The translations under genes were made by a program, and so were the position numbers. Positions 19,119-27,835 of a DNA stretch of 64,000 nt are shown one piece after another (the first letter of the stretch is position 1; each line of letters opens with the position of its first letter). Location: positions 1,216,001 through 1,280,000 of the forward strand of contig OY969934.1 of the NCBI GenBank assembly GCA_963704725.1, read 5' to 3'. The notes under the pieces were generated by a model. That model was not told where the DNA came from and did no database searches. It saw only the letters and a list, made by a program, of their open reading frames with translations. This stretch comes from an uncultured Actinomycetes bacterium. Lineage in GTDB: Bacteria > Actinomycetota > UBA4738 > HRBIN12.

Positions 19119-19448
19119 ATGACCTACACGATCTGTGAGCCGTGCATCGACGTGAAGGACCGGGCCTGTGTCGACGAGTGCCCGGTCGACTGCATCTACG
19201 AGGGCCCCCGGATGCTCTACATCCACCCGGACGAGTGCGTCGACTGCGGCGCGTGCGAGCCGGTGTGCCCGGTCACGGCGATCTTCTACGAGGACGACGT
19301 CCCCGCCGAGTGGAAGCAGTTCACCCCGATCAACGCCGAGTGGTTCAACGACGACGTGAGCGGGGTCGGCTCCCCAGGCGGCGCGGCGCAGGTGGGCCCG
19401 AGCGACAAGGACCACCCCGTCGTCGCCGGCTGGGCCTCCGTCGGCTGA
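19119..19448 (+). CDS. fdxA: 7Fe-8S type ferredoxin
   Basis: MTYTICEPCIDVKDRACVDECPVDCIYEG..LYIHPDECVDCGACEPVCPV, the actinobacterial FdxA pattern. Confidence 0.95.
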   Translation: MTYTICEPCIDVKDRACVDECPVDCIYEGPRMLYIHPDECVDCGACEPVCPVTAIFYEDDVPAEWKQFTPINAEWFNDDVSGVGSPGGAAQVGPSDKDHPVVAGWASVG

Positions 19449-19479
19449 CCCAGGACGGCGCCGGCCTGAGCGCGTTCCT

Positions 19480-20610
19480 CTAGACGGTGGCCTCGTCGGC
19501 CACGGGGATCCGGCCGGGTCCGCCGAAGTCGACGTCGGCCGGCCAGCGCTCGCGGGACTTGGCCGCGAGCTTGCTCATCAGGCTGATCGCCCCCGGGTCC
19601 TCTGAGCCGGGGCGCCATTCGACGATCCCGTCGGCGACCGCCCGCTCCCAGATGTCGCGGCCCTTGTCGGTCCGGATGATGGTGAGCGTCCACCCGTCGC
19701 CCTGGCCGAGCCCGCCGAACGAGATGTCGGCGTGCTCGGCGGAGAAGTCGGGGCAGTGCAGGCATCCGGGCCGCGTGAACTCGTGCGACTGCTTCAGCGA
19801 GTAGGTGAGCTCCTGGCCGTCCTTCGTGTAGAAGAGCAGCTTGCCCTTGATGTTCACGCGGACGAGGTCGTCGAGCGAGAGCCCCAGGCGGTTCTGGGCG
19901 ATCTCCACCATCAGCCCGTCGTAGGAGAAGCTCTTGGAGCACAGCAGGCCGAGGGTCCAGTTGATCTTGCGCGCCCACTTGTTCACCCGGCGCGCGGTCA
20001 TCGAGCCGGTGACGCTCGCCTGGCACGACATGCCGACGAGCGCGAGCTTGGACAGCCCCAGCTCGGCCGCCTTCGTGAGCGCGAGCGGGTTGGCCGAGTA
20101 GGTGTACCGGGACCCGGCCGTCGCGAGCACGCCGGCCTCGTCCGTGACCACGGTGGGCTCCGCGTCCCAGGGACGCTCGTCCGAGAGCTTGGACGTGAGC
20201 GCGCCGTCGATCTCGCCGTTCTGCAGCCCCCAGATCAGCAGCGCCGACACGACGCCTCCGTCCTGGCCGTGCATCAGGACCTCGGGAGAGGCCGCCCGGG
20301 CCAGCACGATGTCCTGGTAGTGGCCGATGACGTCCTCGGGCGTCCGGGTCTTGCCGAACAGGTGGAGGTCGATCTCGCCCTCCCACTCGCGGAAGCGTGG
20401 ACAGGCCCGCGTGCAGATGTCGCAGCCCTTGTCACCGTGGGCGCACGCGTCGGGGCCGTCCTCCTGGAGCTGGACGGGGATGTTGTTCTCGTAGCCGAGG
20501 ACGTGGAACGGGCAGGCCACGATGCAGGCCGTGCAGCCGGTGCAGAGGCCGGTGAGGACGACCTCGTTGTGCAGGTCGCGCCACTGCGTCTTGTCGGCGG
20601 TGGAGGCCAT
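19480..20610 (-). CDS. Coenzyme F420 hydrogenase/dehydrogenase beta-subunit family protein (FrhB/FpoF-like) with N-terminal ferredoxin domain
   Basis: CTGCTACIVACP and C...CDICTRACP; GQDGGVVSALL, SRY, VGMSCQ, GLLCSKSF, GCLHCPDFSAEHADISFG. Confidence 0.9.
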   Translation of the reverse strand: MASTADKTQWRDLHNEVVLTGLCTGCTACIVACPFHVLGYENNIPVQLQEDGPDACAHGDKGCDICTRACPRFREWEGEIDLHLFGKTRTPEDVIGHYQDIVLARAASPEVLMHGQDGGVVSALLIWGLQNGEIDGALTSKLSDERPWDAEPTVVTDEAGVLATAGSRYTYSANPLALTKAAELGLSKLALVGMSCQASVTGSMTARRVNKWARKINWTLGLLCSKSFSYDGLMVEIAQNRLGLSLDDLVRVNIKGKLLFYTKDGQELTYSLKQSHEFTRPGCLHCPDFSAEHADISFGGLGQGDGWTLTIIRTDKGRDIWERAVADGIVEWRPGSEDPGAISLMSKLAAKSRERWPADVDFGGPGRIPVADEATV

Positions 20611-20783
20611 GCCGAACGGGAGTATAGGTGGCCCTCGCCGTACGGCCCGGGACCGTAGGTCCCCCCGCGGCCAAGCCGGTCGCCCCCGGTGTCCGTAGTA
20701 CGGGGGACGCGGGGCCCGCGCCGGCGGCGCGGCGGCACATGGTCTACGCTGCGCGCTTCCCGCCCGAAGACGAGGAGGAGACG

Positions 20784-21170
20784 ATGCGAGGGACCACCAG
20801 ATGGGCGCGCCTGATCGTGGGGGTGGTCGCGATCGTGCTCGTCCTGACCGCCTGCAGCAGCGACGACAACGGCGGCGGATCGACGGGCGGCGGCACGACG
20901 ACGGGAGCGAGCGGCTCCTCGGGCGGCGGAACCGGCATCACGATCTCCGGGTTCGCGTTCCATCCCTCCTCCCTCACCGTCTCGGGCGAGGCGACGCTCA
21001 CGGTCACGAACGAGGACGATGTGACGCACACCTTCACCCTGGACGACGGCAGCGTGGACGAGGAGATCGCCGCCGGCGCGTCCGTCGACGTCACGGTGAA
21101 CATCTCCGCCTCGACCGGGTTCCACTGCAAGATCCACCCGTCGATGACCGGGACGCTCGAGGTCGGCTGA
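20784..21170 (+). CDS. Cupredoxin-domain lipoprotein
   Basis: Lipobox LTAC, Gly/Ser/Thr linker, H in VTHTFT and CKIHPSM type-1 Cu ligands; GAGGAGGAG SD. Confidence 0.85.
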   Translation: MRGTTRWARLIVGVVAIVLVLTACSSDDNGGGSTGGGTTTGASGSSGGGTGITISGFAFHPSSLTVSGEATLTVTNEDDVTHTFTLDDGSVDEEIAAGASVDVTVNISASTGFHCKIHPSMTGTLEVG

Positions 21171-21185
21171 GCGGTTCGGCGAGCT

Positions 21186-21521
21186 TCAGATCGAGAACGA
21201 CTCGCCGCACGCACACTCGTGCGTCGCGCGCGGGTTGAGCATCTTCAGGCCGCCGCCCAGGAGGGCGTCGTTGAAGTCGAGCGTCGACCCCTCGACGATC
21301 GGTGCGCTCCGCGGGTCCACCAGGACCCGCACGCCGTCGGCCGCGGGGATCACGCTGTCGTCCTCGGCCGTGCCGTCGAAGCTGAGCTCGTAGGAGAAGC
21401 CGGAGCATCCGCCCGCCACCACGCGGACCCGGAGCACCGGATCCGAGCCCTGGCGCTCCGCGAGCTGGCGAATCTTCCGGGCGGCGGCGTCGGTAACCGA
21501 GATGACGGTCGTCTGCTCCAT
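21186..21521 (-). CDS. iscA: Iron-sulfur cluster assembly accessory protein (IscA/ErpA/SufA family)
   Basis: GGCSGFSY and NP.A..ECACGESF motifs. Confidence 0.92.
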   Translation of the reverse strand: MEQTTVISVTDAAARKIRQLAERQGSDPVLRVRVVAGGCSGFSYELSFDGTAEDDSVIPAADGVRVLVDPRSAPIVEGSTLDFNDALLGGGLKMLNPRATHECACGESFSI

Positions 21522-21549
21522 GCGTTCCAGGATAACCCCGGGCGGGGTC

Positions 21550-22929
21550 TCAGCCTTCCCGAAGCGCCGCCGCGAGCTCGCGGAAGGCCAGGTTCACCGA
21601 TTCGGAGAGCGTGGGGTAGGCGTGGATGGCCTCGGCGACCTGGGAGGCCGGGACCCCTCCGGCCATCGCCGCGACCACCTCGTGGATCATCGCGCCGGCC
21701 TCCTCGGCCACGACGTGTCCACCCAGCAGCTCGCCCGTGCCGGCGTCGGCGACCAGCTTGACCAGGCCGGCGAGGCGGCCGTCGATGTGCGACCGCTCGT
21801 TGTCCCGGATCCGGGAGACGGCCGTGCGGACGTCGTGCCCCGCCTCTTCGGCGGCGCGCTCGGTGAGCCCGACGGAGGCCACCTCCGGGTCGCAGAAGGT
21901 GACCCGGGGGACCACCCGGTAGTCGCGAGCCCTCGGCGACCCGAGCAGGTCGTCGACCACGAGCCCGGCCTCGTACGTCCCGACGTGCGTGAACAGCAGC
22001 TCGCCCGTCGCGTCCCCCGCCGCCCACACCCACCCGGCCGTGGTGCGGAGCGTCTCGGTCAGGATCGGCCGGCCCCGCTCGTCGAGCTCGACGCCGGCGG
22101 CCGCCAGGTCGTGGCCGTCGAACACGGGTCGCCGTCCCGCGGCGACCAGGACCTCGTCCGCCCGGATCATCTCGCCGTCCGCGAGAGCGAGCGCCCAGCC
22201 CGTCCCGTCGTAGGCCGCTCGTTCGATCGTGGCGCCGGGCAGGAGGCGGATCCCCTCGGCGGCCAGCGCGGGCGCGAGCTCTGCCGCGACCTCCTCGTCC
22301 TCGCTCGGCAGGATCTGGGGGAGGACCTCGACCGCGGTCACGCGCGAGCCGAAGCGGGAGTAGATCTGCGCGAACTCGATCCCGATCGCCCCCGTGCCGA
22401 TCACGGCGAGCGAGGCGGGAGGGCGCTGCGGCTTCCAGATAGCCTCCCGGTTCGTCCAGTACGGGCCCTCGGCCAGCCCGGGGACCGGCGGGACCTGGGC
22501 CTTCGTCCCCGTGGCGAGCACGACGCGCTCGGCCTCGATCGCGGTCCCGTCGGCGAGCTCGATCCGCCGTTCGCCGACGAGCCGCGCCTCCTGCAGGAAC
22601 ACAGTGACGCCGACCCGCTCGAACGGCGCCGCGCCCTCGCCCGACTGGGACTCGACGACCTCGCGAGCCCGTCGCTGGATCGCCGGCAGGTCGATCTCGA
22701 CCGAGGGGATCCGCACGCCGAAGGGGTCCGCCTCCCGGGCGAGCTGCGCGATCCTGGCGCTGCGGAGCATGACCTTGGTCGGGACGCAGCCGTAGTGGTT
22801 GCACTCGCCGCCCAGCCGGTCCCGCTCGGCGAGCGCCACCGTCATCCCCGAGCGCCGTCCGAGCTCGAAGGCGACCTCGGACCCCGTGCCCCCGCCGCCG
22901 ATCACGAAGACGTCGAAGCGTCGGGTCAC
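21550..22929 (-). CDS. Pyridine nucleotide-disulfide oxidoreductase (dihydrolipoamide dehydrogenase-like)
   Basis: GGGGTG, GGECNHYGCVPTK redox disulfide, GTGAIG, AGD, HAYPTLSE; GTG 22929 overlaps the upstream stop. Confidence 0.88.
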   Translation of the reverse strand: MTRRFDVFVIGGGGTGSEVAFELGRRSGMTVALAERDRLGGECNHYGCVPTKVMLRSARIAQLAREADPFGVRIPSVEIDLPAIQRRAREVVESQSGEGAAPFERVGVTVFLQEARLVGERRIELADGTAIEAERVVLATGTKAQVPPVPGLAEGPYWTNREAIWKPQRPPASLAVIGTGAIGIEFAQIYSRFGSRVTAVEVLPQILPSEDEEVAAELAPALAAEGIRLLPGATIERAAYDGTGWALALADGEMIRADEVLVAAGRRPVFDGHDLAAAGVELDERGRPILTETLRTTAGWVWAAGDATGELLFTHVGTYEAGLVVDDLLGSPRARDYRVVPRVTFCDPEVASVGLTERAAEEAGHDVRTAVSRIRDNERSHIDGRLAGLVKLVADAGTGELLGGHVVAEEAGAMIHEVVAAMAGGVPASQVAEAIHAYPTLSESVNLAFRELAAALREG

Positions 22930-24131
22930 GAACCCCCCAGGAACGCGACGAACGCCCGGGCGTAGGCCCGGGCGGCGGTGACGAGGTCGCGAACCTCGAC
23001 CCACTCGCCGGCGGTGTGGGCCACGGTCAGGGAGCCGGGGCCGAGGATGACCGTGGGGATGGCCGCCTCGTTGAGGTAGAAGCGGGCGTCGGTGATCCCG
23101 GTGAAGCCGACGTCCAGCGGCGGCTTCCCCGTCTCGGCCTCGACCGCGTCCCGGCACACCGCGGCGATCCGCGTGTCTCCGGTGGTCTCGGCGGCGTCGG
23201 TCCACTCGCGGATCCGGAACGCCAGCTCGACCTCGGGGTGGGACCGGCGGAGGTCCTCGGCCAGGCGCTCGAAGGCCGCGAGCACGGACCCCGGGGTCTC
23301 GCCGGGGAGGATCCGTCGGTCGACGTCCGCCGTGCACCGGTCCGGGACGACGTTCGGCGCGTCGCCCCCCGAGACGATCGCGACGTTCACGGTGGGCCGG
23401 CCGACCAGGGGGTGCTCGAGGTCGGGCAGGACCTCCTCGAGCCGCAGGAGCAGCCGCGCCATGGAGGTGATGGCGTTGACGCCGAGCCGGGGCGTGGAGC
23501 CGTGGGCCGCCCGGCCGCTCGCGACCGCCGTGATCCACGCGCCGCCGCGCTCGGCGAGACCCAGGCGGAGGTCCGTCGGCTCGCCCACGATGGCCGCGTC
23601 CTGGTCGAGCAGCCCTCGTTCCCACAGCACCCGGGTGCCGTGCAGGCCGGCGAGCTCCTCGTCCGCGGCGAGGTGCAGCTCGAGCGTCCCGCCGAGCGCG
23701 ATGCCGGCCCTGCGGATCGCCGAGACGGCGCCGAGCGCGGAGGCGACGGCGCCCTTCATGTCGGCGGCGCCGCGTCCGATCAGCCGTCCCCCGGAGACCT
23801 CGCCCGCGAACGGGCCGTGCTCCCACGCGGACGGGTCCCCGGCCGGCACGACGTCCAGGTGGCCGTTCCAGGCGAGCTTCGGCCGCGCGCCGTCGCCGAT
23901 CCTGCCCACGACGGTGGGGCGGCCCGCGTCGCCGCGGATCGTCTCCGGATCGCCGTCCAGCTCGGCCAGGACGTCGGCGGCGACCCCGGCCGCGAGGTCC
24001 TCGGTGCCGCCGGGGTTCTCGCTCGGCGCCGCGATGAGCGCGCGCGCGAATCGCAGGACCTCGTCGCCGTCGACCGCGTCGGCGGCGGCCCGCCCCGCGT
24101 CGACGGCCGATGCGGCCGGCTCCTCTACCAT
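22926..24131 (-). CDS. M20 family metallopeptidase (ArgE/DapE-like)
   Basis: NGHLDVVP, GRGAADMKG, ADEE, VGEPT, AHG, NVVP, TDA, AH; true start may be slightly downstream. Confidence 0.88.
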   Translation of the reverse strand: MVEEPAASAVDAGRAAADAVDGDEVLRFARALIAAPSENPGGTEDLAAGVAADVLAELDGDPETIRGDAGRPTVVGRIGDGARPKLAWNGHLDVVPAGDPSAWEHGPFAGEVSGGRLIGRGAADMKGAVASALGAVSAIRRAGIALGGTLELHLAADEELAGLHGTRVLWERGLLDQDAAIVGEPTDLRLGLAERGGAWITAVASGRAAHGSTPRLGVNAITSMARLLLRLEEVLPDLEHPLVGRPTVNVAIVSGGDAPNVVPDRCTADVDRRILPGETPGSVLAAFERLAEDLRRSHPEVELAFRIREWTDAAETTGDTRIAAVCRDAVEAETGKPPLDVGFTGITDARFYLNEAAIPTVILGPGSLTVAHTAGEWVEVRDLVTAARAYARAFVAFLGGS

Positions 24132-24141
24132 GGCCGACGAA

Positions 24142-24705
24142 ATGTACTCGACCGATCTGTACGAACGAGTCGGCGCGATGCTCGACCGCGACCCGCGTCA
24201 TCGCGCCGCTCCGGGCGACCGTCTGGCGGCGGTGCTCGTGCCGGTGGTGCGGACCGGGCCGGTCGTGTTCACCAAGCGGAGCGACCTGCTCTCGCGTCAC
24301 CCGGGGGAGATCTCGTTCCCCGGCGGCATCCGGCACGAGGAGGACCCGACGCTCGCCGAGACCGCCCTACGCGAGACCGACGAGGAGCTGGGGATCGGGC
24401 GGGAGCAGGTCCTCGTGCTCGGCGCCCTGCCGCCCGTCCACACGTTCGTCTCGGGGATCCTGATCGTGCCGTTCGTCGGCCTCCTCGAGCGTCCCCCCGT
24501 CTACCGGCCGAACGCGGACGAGATCGCGGAGGTGCTGGAGTACCCGCTCGACGAGCTGGTCGATTCCGAGACGGAGGTGGAGTGGTCGCGCGACGGCCAC
24601 GTCTACCGGGGATACGCGTACGAGATGGGCGCCCACACGATCTGGGGTGCGACGGCGAGGATCCTGCACAGCTTCCTGGAGCTGGTGCGGACCGAGGCGG
24701 CATGA
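24142..24705 (+). CDS. Nudix hydrolase, CoA pyrophosphatase family
   Basis: AAVLVP, TKRS..L..HPGEISFPGG, TALRETDEELG Nudix box, IWGATA. Confidence 0.9.
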   Translation: MYSTDLYERVGAMLDRDPRHRAAPGDRLAAVLVPVVRTGPVVFTKRSDLLSRHPGEISFPGGIRHEEDPTLAETALRETDEELGIGREQVLVLGALPPVHTFVSGILIVPFVGLLERPPVYRPNADEIAEVLEYPLDELVDSETEVEWSRDGHVYRGYAYEMGAHTIWGATARILHSFLELVRTEAA

Positions 24706-25145
24706 GCTCGCGGGCCGGCGCGGAGCCGTACGGGCCGAGCGACGCGGAGCTCCGGTCGATCCTCGGCGACGCTCGCACCATCGCCGTGGTGGGCCTGTCC
24801 TCCAAGCCGGACCGGTACTCGTTCGAGGTGGCGTCCTTCCTCCGGGAGCGGGGGTACCGCATCGTGCCGGTGAACCCCAACGAGACCGAGGTGCTCGGCG
24901 AGCGCGCCTACGCCTCGCTCGCGGACGTGCCGGCGGACCTCCGGATCGACGTCGTCGACGTCTTCCGTCGCGCCGAGGAGACGCCCGGGGTGGCGCGGGA
25001 CGCGGTCGCCCGCGGAGCGAGGGTGCTGTGGCTCCAGGACGGGATCGTGAGCGACGAGGCGCGCCGGATCGCCGAGGCGGCGGGTCTGGTGGTCGTCATG
25101 GGCGTGTGCATCAAGCGAACCCGGGAACGCCTCGAGCCGGGCTGA
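24702..25145 (+). CDS. CoA-binding protein (YccU-like)
   Basis: TIAVVGLSSKPDRYS, IVPVNP, DVVDVFR, LWLQDG; ATGA overlap with the Nudix gene. Confidence 0.9.
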   Translation: MSSRAGAEPYGPSDAELRSILGDARTIAVVGLSSKPDRYSFEVASFLRERGYRIVPVNPNETEVLGERAYASLADVPADLRIDVVDVFRRAEETPGVARDAVARGARVLWLQDGIVSDEARRIAEAAGLVVVMGVCIKRTRERLEPG

Positions 25146-25163
25146 GAACGGAGGAGGGCTGGC

Positions 25164-25328
25164 GTGCAGAGATGGGAGTACTTCGTGGCGCCCCTGCTGG
25201 AGCACAACCCCGGCGAGATCCTGAACACGTTCGGGGAGGACGGGTGGGAGCTCGTCTCGGTCGCGCAGATCGCGAACCCGATGGGCGGGCAGTCGCTCGT
25301 CGCGTATCTCAAGCGACCGCGGGGGTGA
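25164..25328 (+). CDS. DUF4177-like small protein (54 aa)
   Basis: Not in the ORF track. MQRWEYFVAPLLEHNPGEILNTFGEDGWELVSV...LVAYLKRPRG with GGAGGAG SD; WEY...G.DGWELV...YLKR pattern. Confidence 0.8.
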   Translation: MQRWEYFVAPLLEHNPGEILNTFGEDGWELVSVAQIANPMGGQSLVAYLKRPRG

Positions 25329-25373
25329 GCTCGCTCCCTCGCGGAGGGGCGGCGAGCTCCTGGTCGTCCGAGC

Positions 25374-25745
25374 TCAGGAGGAGATGGCGCGCTTGATGCG
25401 CTCGATCAGCTCGCGCGACGGCGTGCCCTTCGCGACGTAGTCGGCGGCGCCGACGGCCCGCGCCGCGGCCTCGAGCGCCGGGTCGTCGTACGCCGAGAGC
25501 GCGACGACGAGCGCGTCCGGCCGATCCAGGCGGATCCTGCGCGTGGCCTCGAGCCCGTTGACGACAGGCATCCGGACGTCGATGAGCACCACGTCGGGAT
25601 CGAGCTCCGCCGCCTTTCGGACGGCCTCGGCTCCGTCCCGCGCCTCACCGACCACCTCGAAGCCCTCCTCGGCCAGCAGCTCGGCCAGGGTCTCCCGGAT
25701 CAAGGGCTCGTCGTCGGCGATCAGCACCCGGATGGGGGTAGTCAC
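25374..25745 (-). CDS. Single-domain response regulator receiver
   Basis: VLIADD, VLIDVRMP (phosphoacceptor Asp), ALS, YVAK. Confidence 0.88.
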   Translation of the reverse strand: MTTPIRVLIADDEPLIRETLAELLAEEGFEVVGEARDGAEAVRKAAELDPDVVLIDVRMPVVNGLEATRRIRLDRPDALVVALSAYDDPALEAAARAVGAADYVAKGTPSRELIERIKRAISS

Positions 25746-25852
25746 ACGGGGCACCTCGTCGACAGATGCGGCCGCACCCGATGAGCCTGCGCGCGCTCGG
25801 CCTCGGACGCAAGCCGTTTCGCGATCCGGAGCGCCGGCCGGTCCGTTCGTGC

Positions 25853-26989
25853 TCAGGGGCGGAGGGCGCGCTCCAGGTCGGCGACGAGATCGTCCGGGTG
25901 CTCGATGCCGACCGAGACCCGGATCAGCGTGTCCGGGACCTCGAGGGGCGAGCCGGCCACGCTGGCGTGCGTCATCGGGCCCGGGACCTCGATCAGCGAC
26001 TCCACGCCGCCGAGGGATTCGGCGAGGAAGAAGAGCTCGGTACGTTCGACCATCGCGACGGCCTCGTCGGCCGATCTCACCTCGAAGCTCACCATCCCGC
26101 CGAACCGCCGCATCTGGCGGACGGCGATGTCGTGCCCCGGGTGGGTGGGCAGGCCCGGGTAGTGGACCCGCGTCACCCTCGGATGGCCCGCGAGGAACTC
26201 GGCGATCCGCTCGGCCCCGGTGCAGTGCGCCTCCATCCGGACGGCGAGGGTCTTCACGCCGCGAAGAGCCAGGTAGCAGTCCATCGGTCCGGGCACCGCC
26301 CCGACGGCGTTCTGCAGGAACGCCAGGCGCTCCGCGAGCTCCTCGTCGCCGGTCACGATCGCTCCGCCGACGAGATCCGAGTGGCCGCCCAGGTACTTCG
26401 TCACCGAGTGGACCACGGCGTCGGCGCCCAGCTCCAGGGGCCGCTGCAGGTACGGCGTGGCGAACGTGTTGTCGACCACGCAGCGGGCGCCGGCCTCGTG
26501 CGCGATCCCGGCCACGCGCTCGACGTCGATCACTTTGAGGAACGGGTTCGTCGGCGTCTCGAGCCACACGACCGCGGTCTCCTGCCGGATCGCGGCTCGC
26601 ACGGCGCCCTCGTCGGACAGGTCGACGGTGTCGAACGCCAGACCCCACTCACCCATGACACGGGCCAGCAACCGGTAGGTCCCCCCGTAGACGTCGTCGC
26701 CGAGGACGACGTGGTCGCCGGGCCGGAGCGTGAGCAGCAGCGTGGTCGTCGCTCCCAGCCCGCTCGAGAACGAGAGCGCCCGACTCCCCGATTCGAGCGA
26801 CGCCAGCACCTGCTGGAGGGCCTCACGGGTGGGGTTCCCACCGCGCGCGTAGTCGTAGGCCTTGGGCTTGCCGACCGCCGGCTGCGCGTAGGTGGACGTC
26901 TGGTAGATCGGCACGTTGACCGCGCCGAACTCCCGGTCCGGCTCTTGCCCAACGTGGATCGCGCGGGTCTCGAAACGCGGCCCGCTCAT
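25853..26989 (-). CDS. metB: Cystathionine gamma-lyase/synthase
   Basis: [60 protein letters not shown]. Confidence 0.9.
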   Translation of the reverse strand: MSGPRFETRAIHVGQEPDREFGAVNVPIYQTSTYAQPAVGKPKAYDYARGGNPTREALQQVLASLESGSRALSFSSGLGATTTLLLTLRPGDHVVLGDDVYGGTYRLLARVMGEWGLAFDTVDLSDEGAVRAAIRQETAVVWLETPTNPFLKVIDVERVAGIAHEAGARCVVDNTFATPYLQRPLELGADAVVHSVTKYLGGHSDLVGGAIVTGDEELAERLAFLQNAVGAVPGPMDCYLALRGVKTLAVRMEAHCTGAERIAEFLAGHPRVTRVHYPGLPTHPGHDIAVRQMRRFGGMVSFEVRSADEAVAMVERTELFFLAESLGGVESLIEVPGPMTHASVAGSPLEVPDTLIRVSVGIEHPDDLVADLERALRP

Positions 26990-27828
26990 CGCATCTCCGG
27001 CGGAAGGGTCCATCCTCGTCTCCTCAGCTCGTCGACCGCGTCCTGCCCGGAGCGGGCCAGCGCCCACAGCGAGGACTTGCGCTTGGCGTCGTGGCCCGGC
27101 GCGAACTCTCGCGCCGTCATCGCCCTGCACGCGGGGTCGCCGCAGGCGCAGGCCGACATCCCCGGGAGCGACGGCTGGCCGGACGCCGGCGAGACGACGG
27201 CGCGCCGGTAGGGATGCGCGGGCAACGCGCCGGCCGGGACGACGATCTGGCCCTCCCGGGGGTCGCCCGGAGCGCTGAAGCGTCGCTCGAGCGCGTACCG
27301 GCCGGTCAGGGCGGCCAGCGCGGCGTCGACCTGGTCGGCGCTGCGGAGGGCCCGGGCATCCACCCCCTCGCCCCGGAGCACGTCGCGGCGCCAGGCGTGC
27401 ACGGGAACGCCCTTGGGCGGCAGGCATCCCGCCAGGATGACCGCGCTCGCGTGGGGGAAGACCTCGATGGCCGTTCCCTCGACCGACCCGCCGCGATAGC
27501 GGGGGAACGTCCCCGCGATCGCCCGGAACGCGGCGAACCCGACCGTCATCCACTCGTAGAACGGGTGCCCGGCCATCCTCTCGTCCGACGGCGTGTTGAA
27601 GCACTGGATGCCGAACCATCGCAGCTCTCGCTCGGTGAGGCGGGACCGTCCGCTCGAGGCCCACCCGGGCGGCGCATCGATCGCGACGACGTCGGGCCCG
27701 AGGTCCCGCACGAGCCGGGCGAGGTGGTCGACCTGTACTCGGCGGGCCGAGTCGACGATGTCGCACCCCTCCAGCAGGACCAGGTCGAGCCCCTTGCGGA
27801 CCCCGACGTCGATCCCGAGGGCGCGCAC
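26986..27828 (-). CDS. DUF429 family (RNase H-like) protein with C-terminal Cys/His-rich tail
   Basis: LGIDVG, VAIDAP, RLTEREL, IEVFPH, DQVDAALAAL; tail CACGDPAC...FAPGHDAKRKS. Confidence 0.75.
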   Translation of the reverse strand: MRALGIDVGVRKGLDLVLLEGCDIVDSARRVQVDHLARLVRDLGPDVVAIDAPPGWASSGRSRLTERELRWFGIQCFNTPSDERMAGHPFYEWMTVGFAAFRAIAGTFPRYRGGSVEGTAIEVFPHASAVILAGCLPPKGVPVHAWRRDVLRGEGVDARALRSADQVDAALAALTGRYALERRFSAPGDPREGQIVVPAGALPAHPYRRAVVSPASGQPSLPGMSACACGDPACRAMTAREFAPGHDAKRKSSLWALARSGQDAVDELRRRGWTLPPEMR

Positions 27829-27835
27829 GACGCGC

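Noticed and set aside
21550-22929. Mercuric reductase MerA
   Set aside because: No C-terminal Cys-Cys pair, no NmerA domain and no mer genes; the C-terminus has HAYPTLSE as in Lpd-like enzymes.
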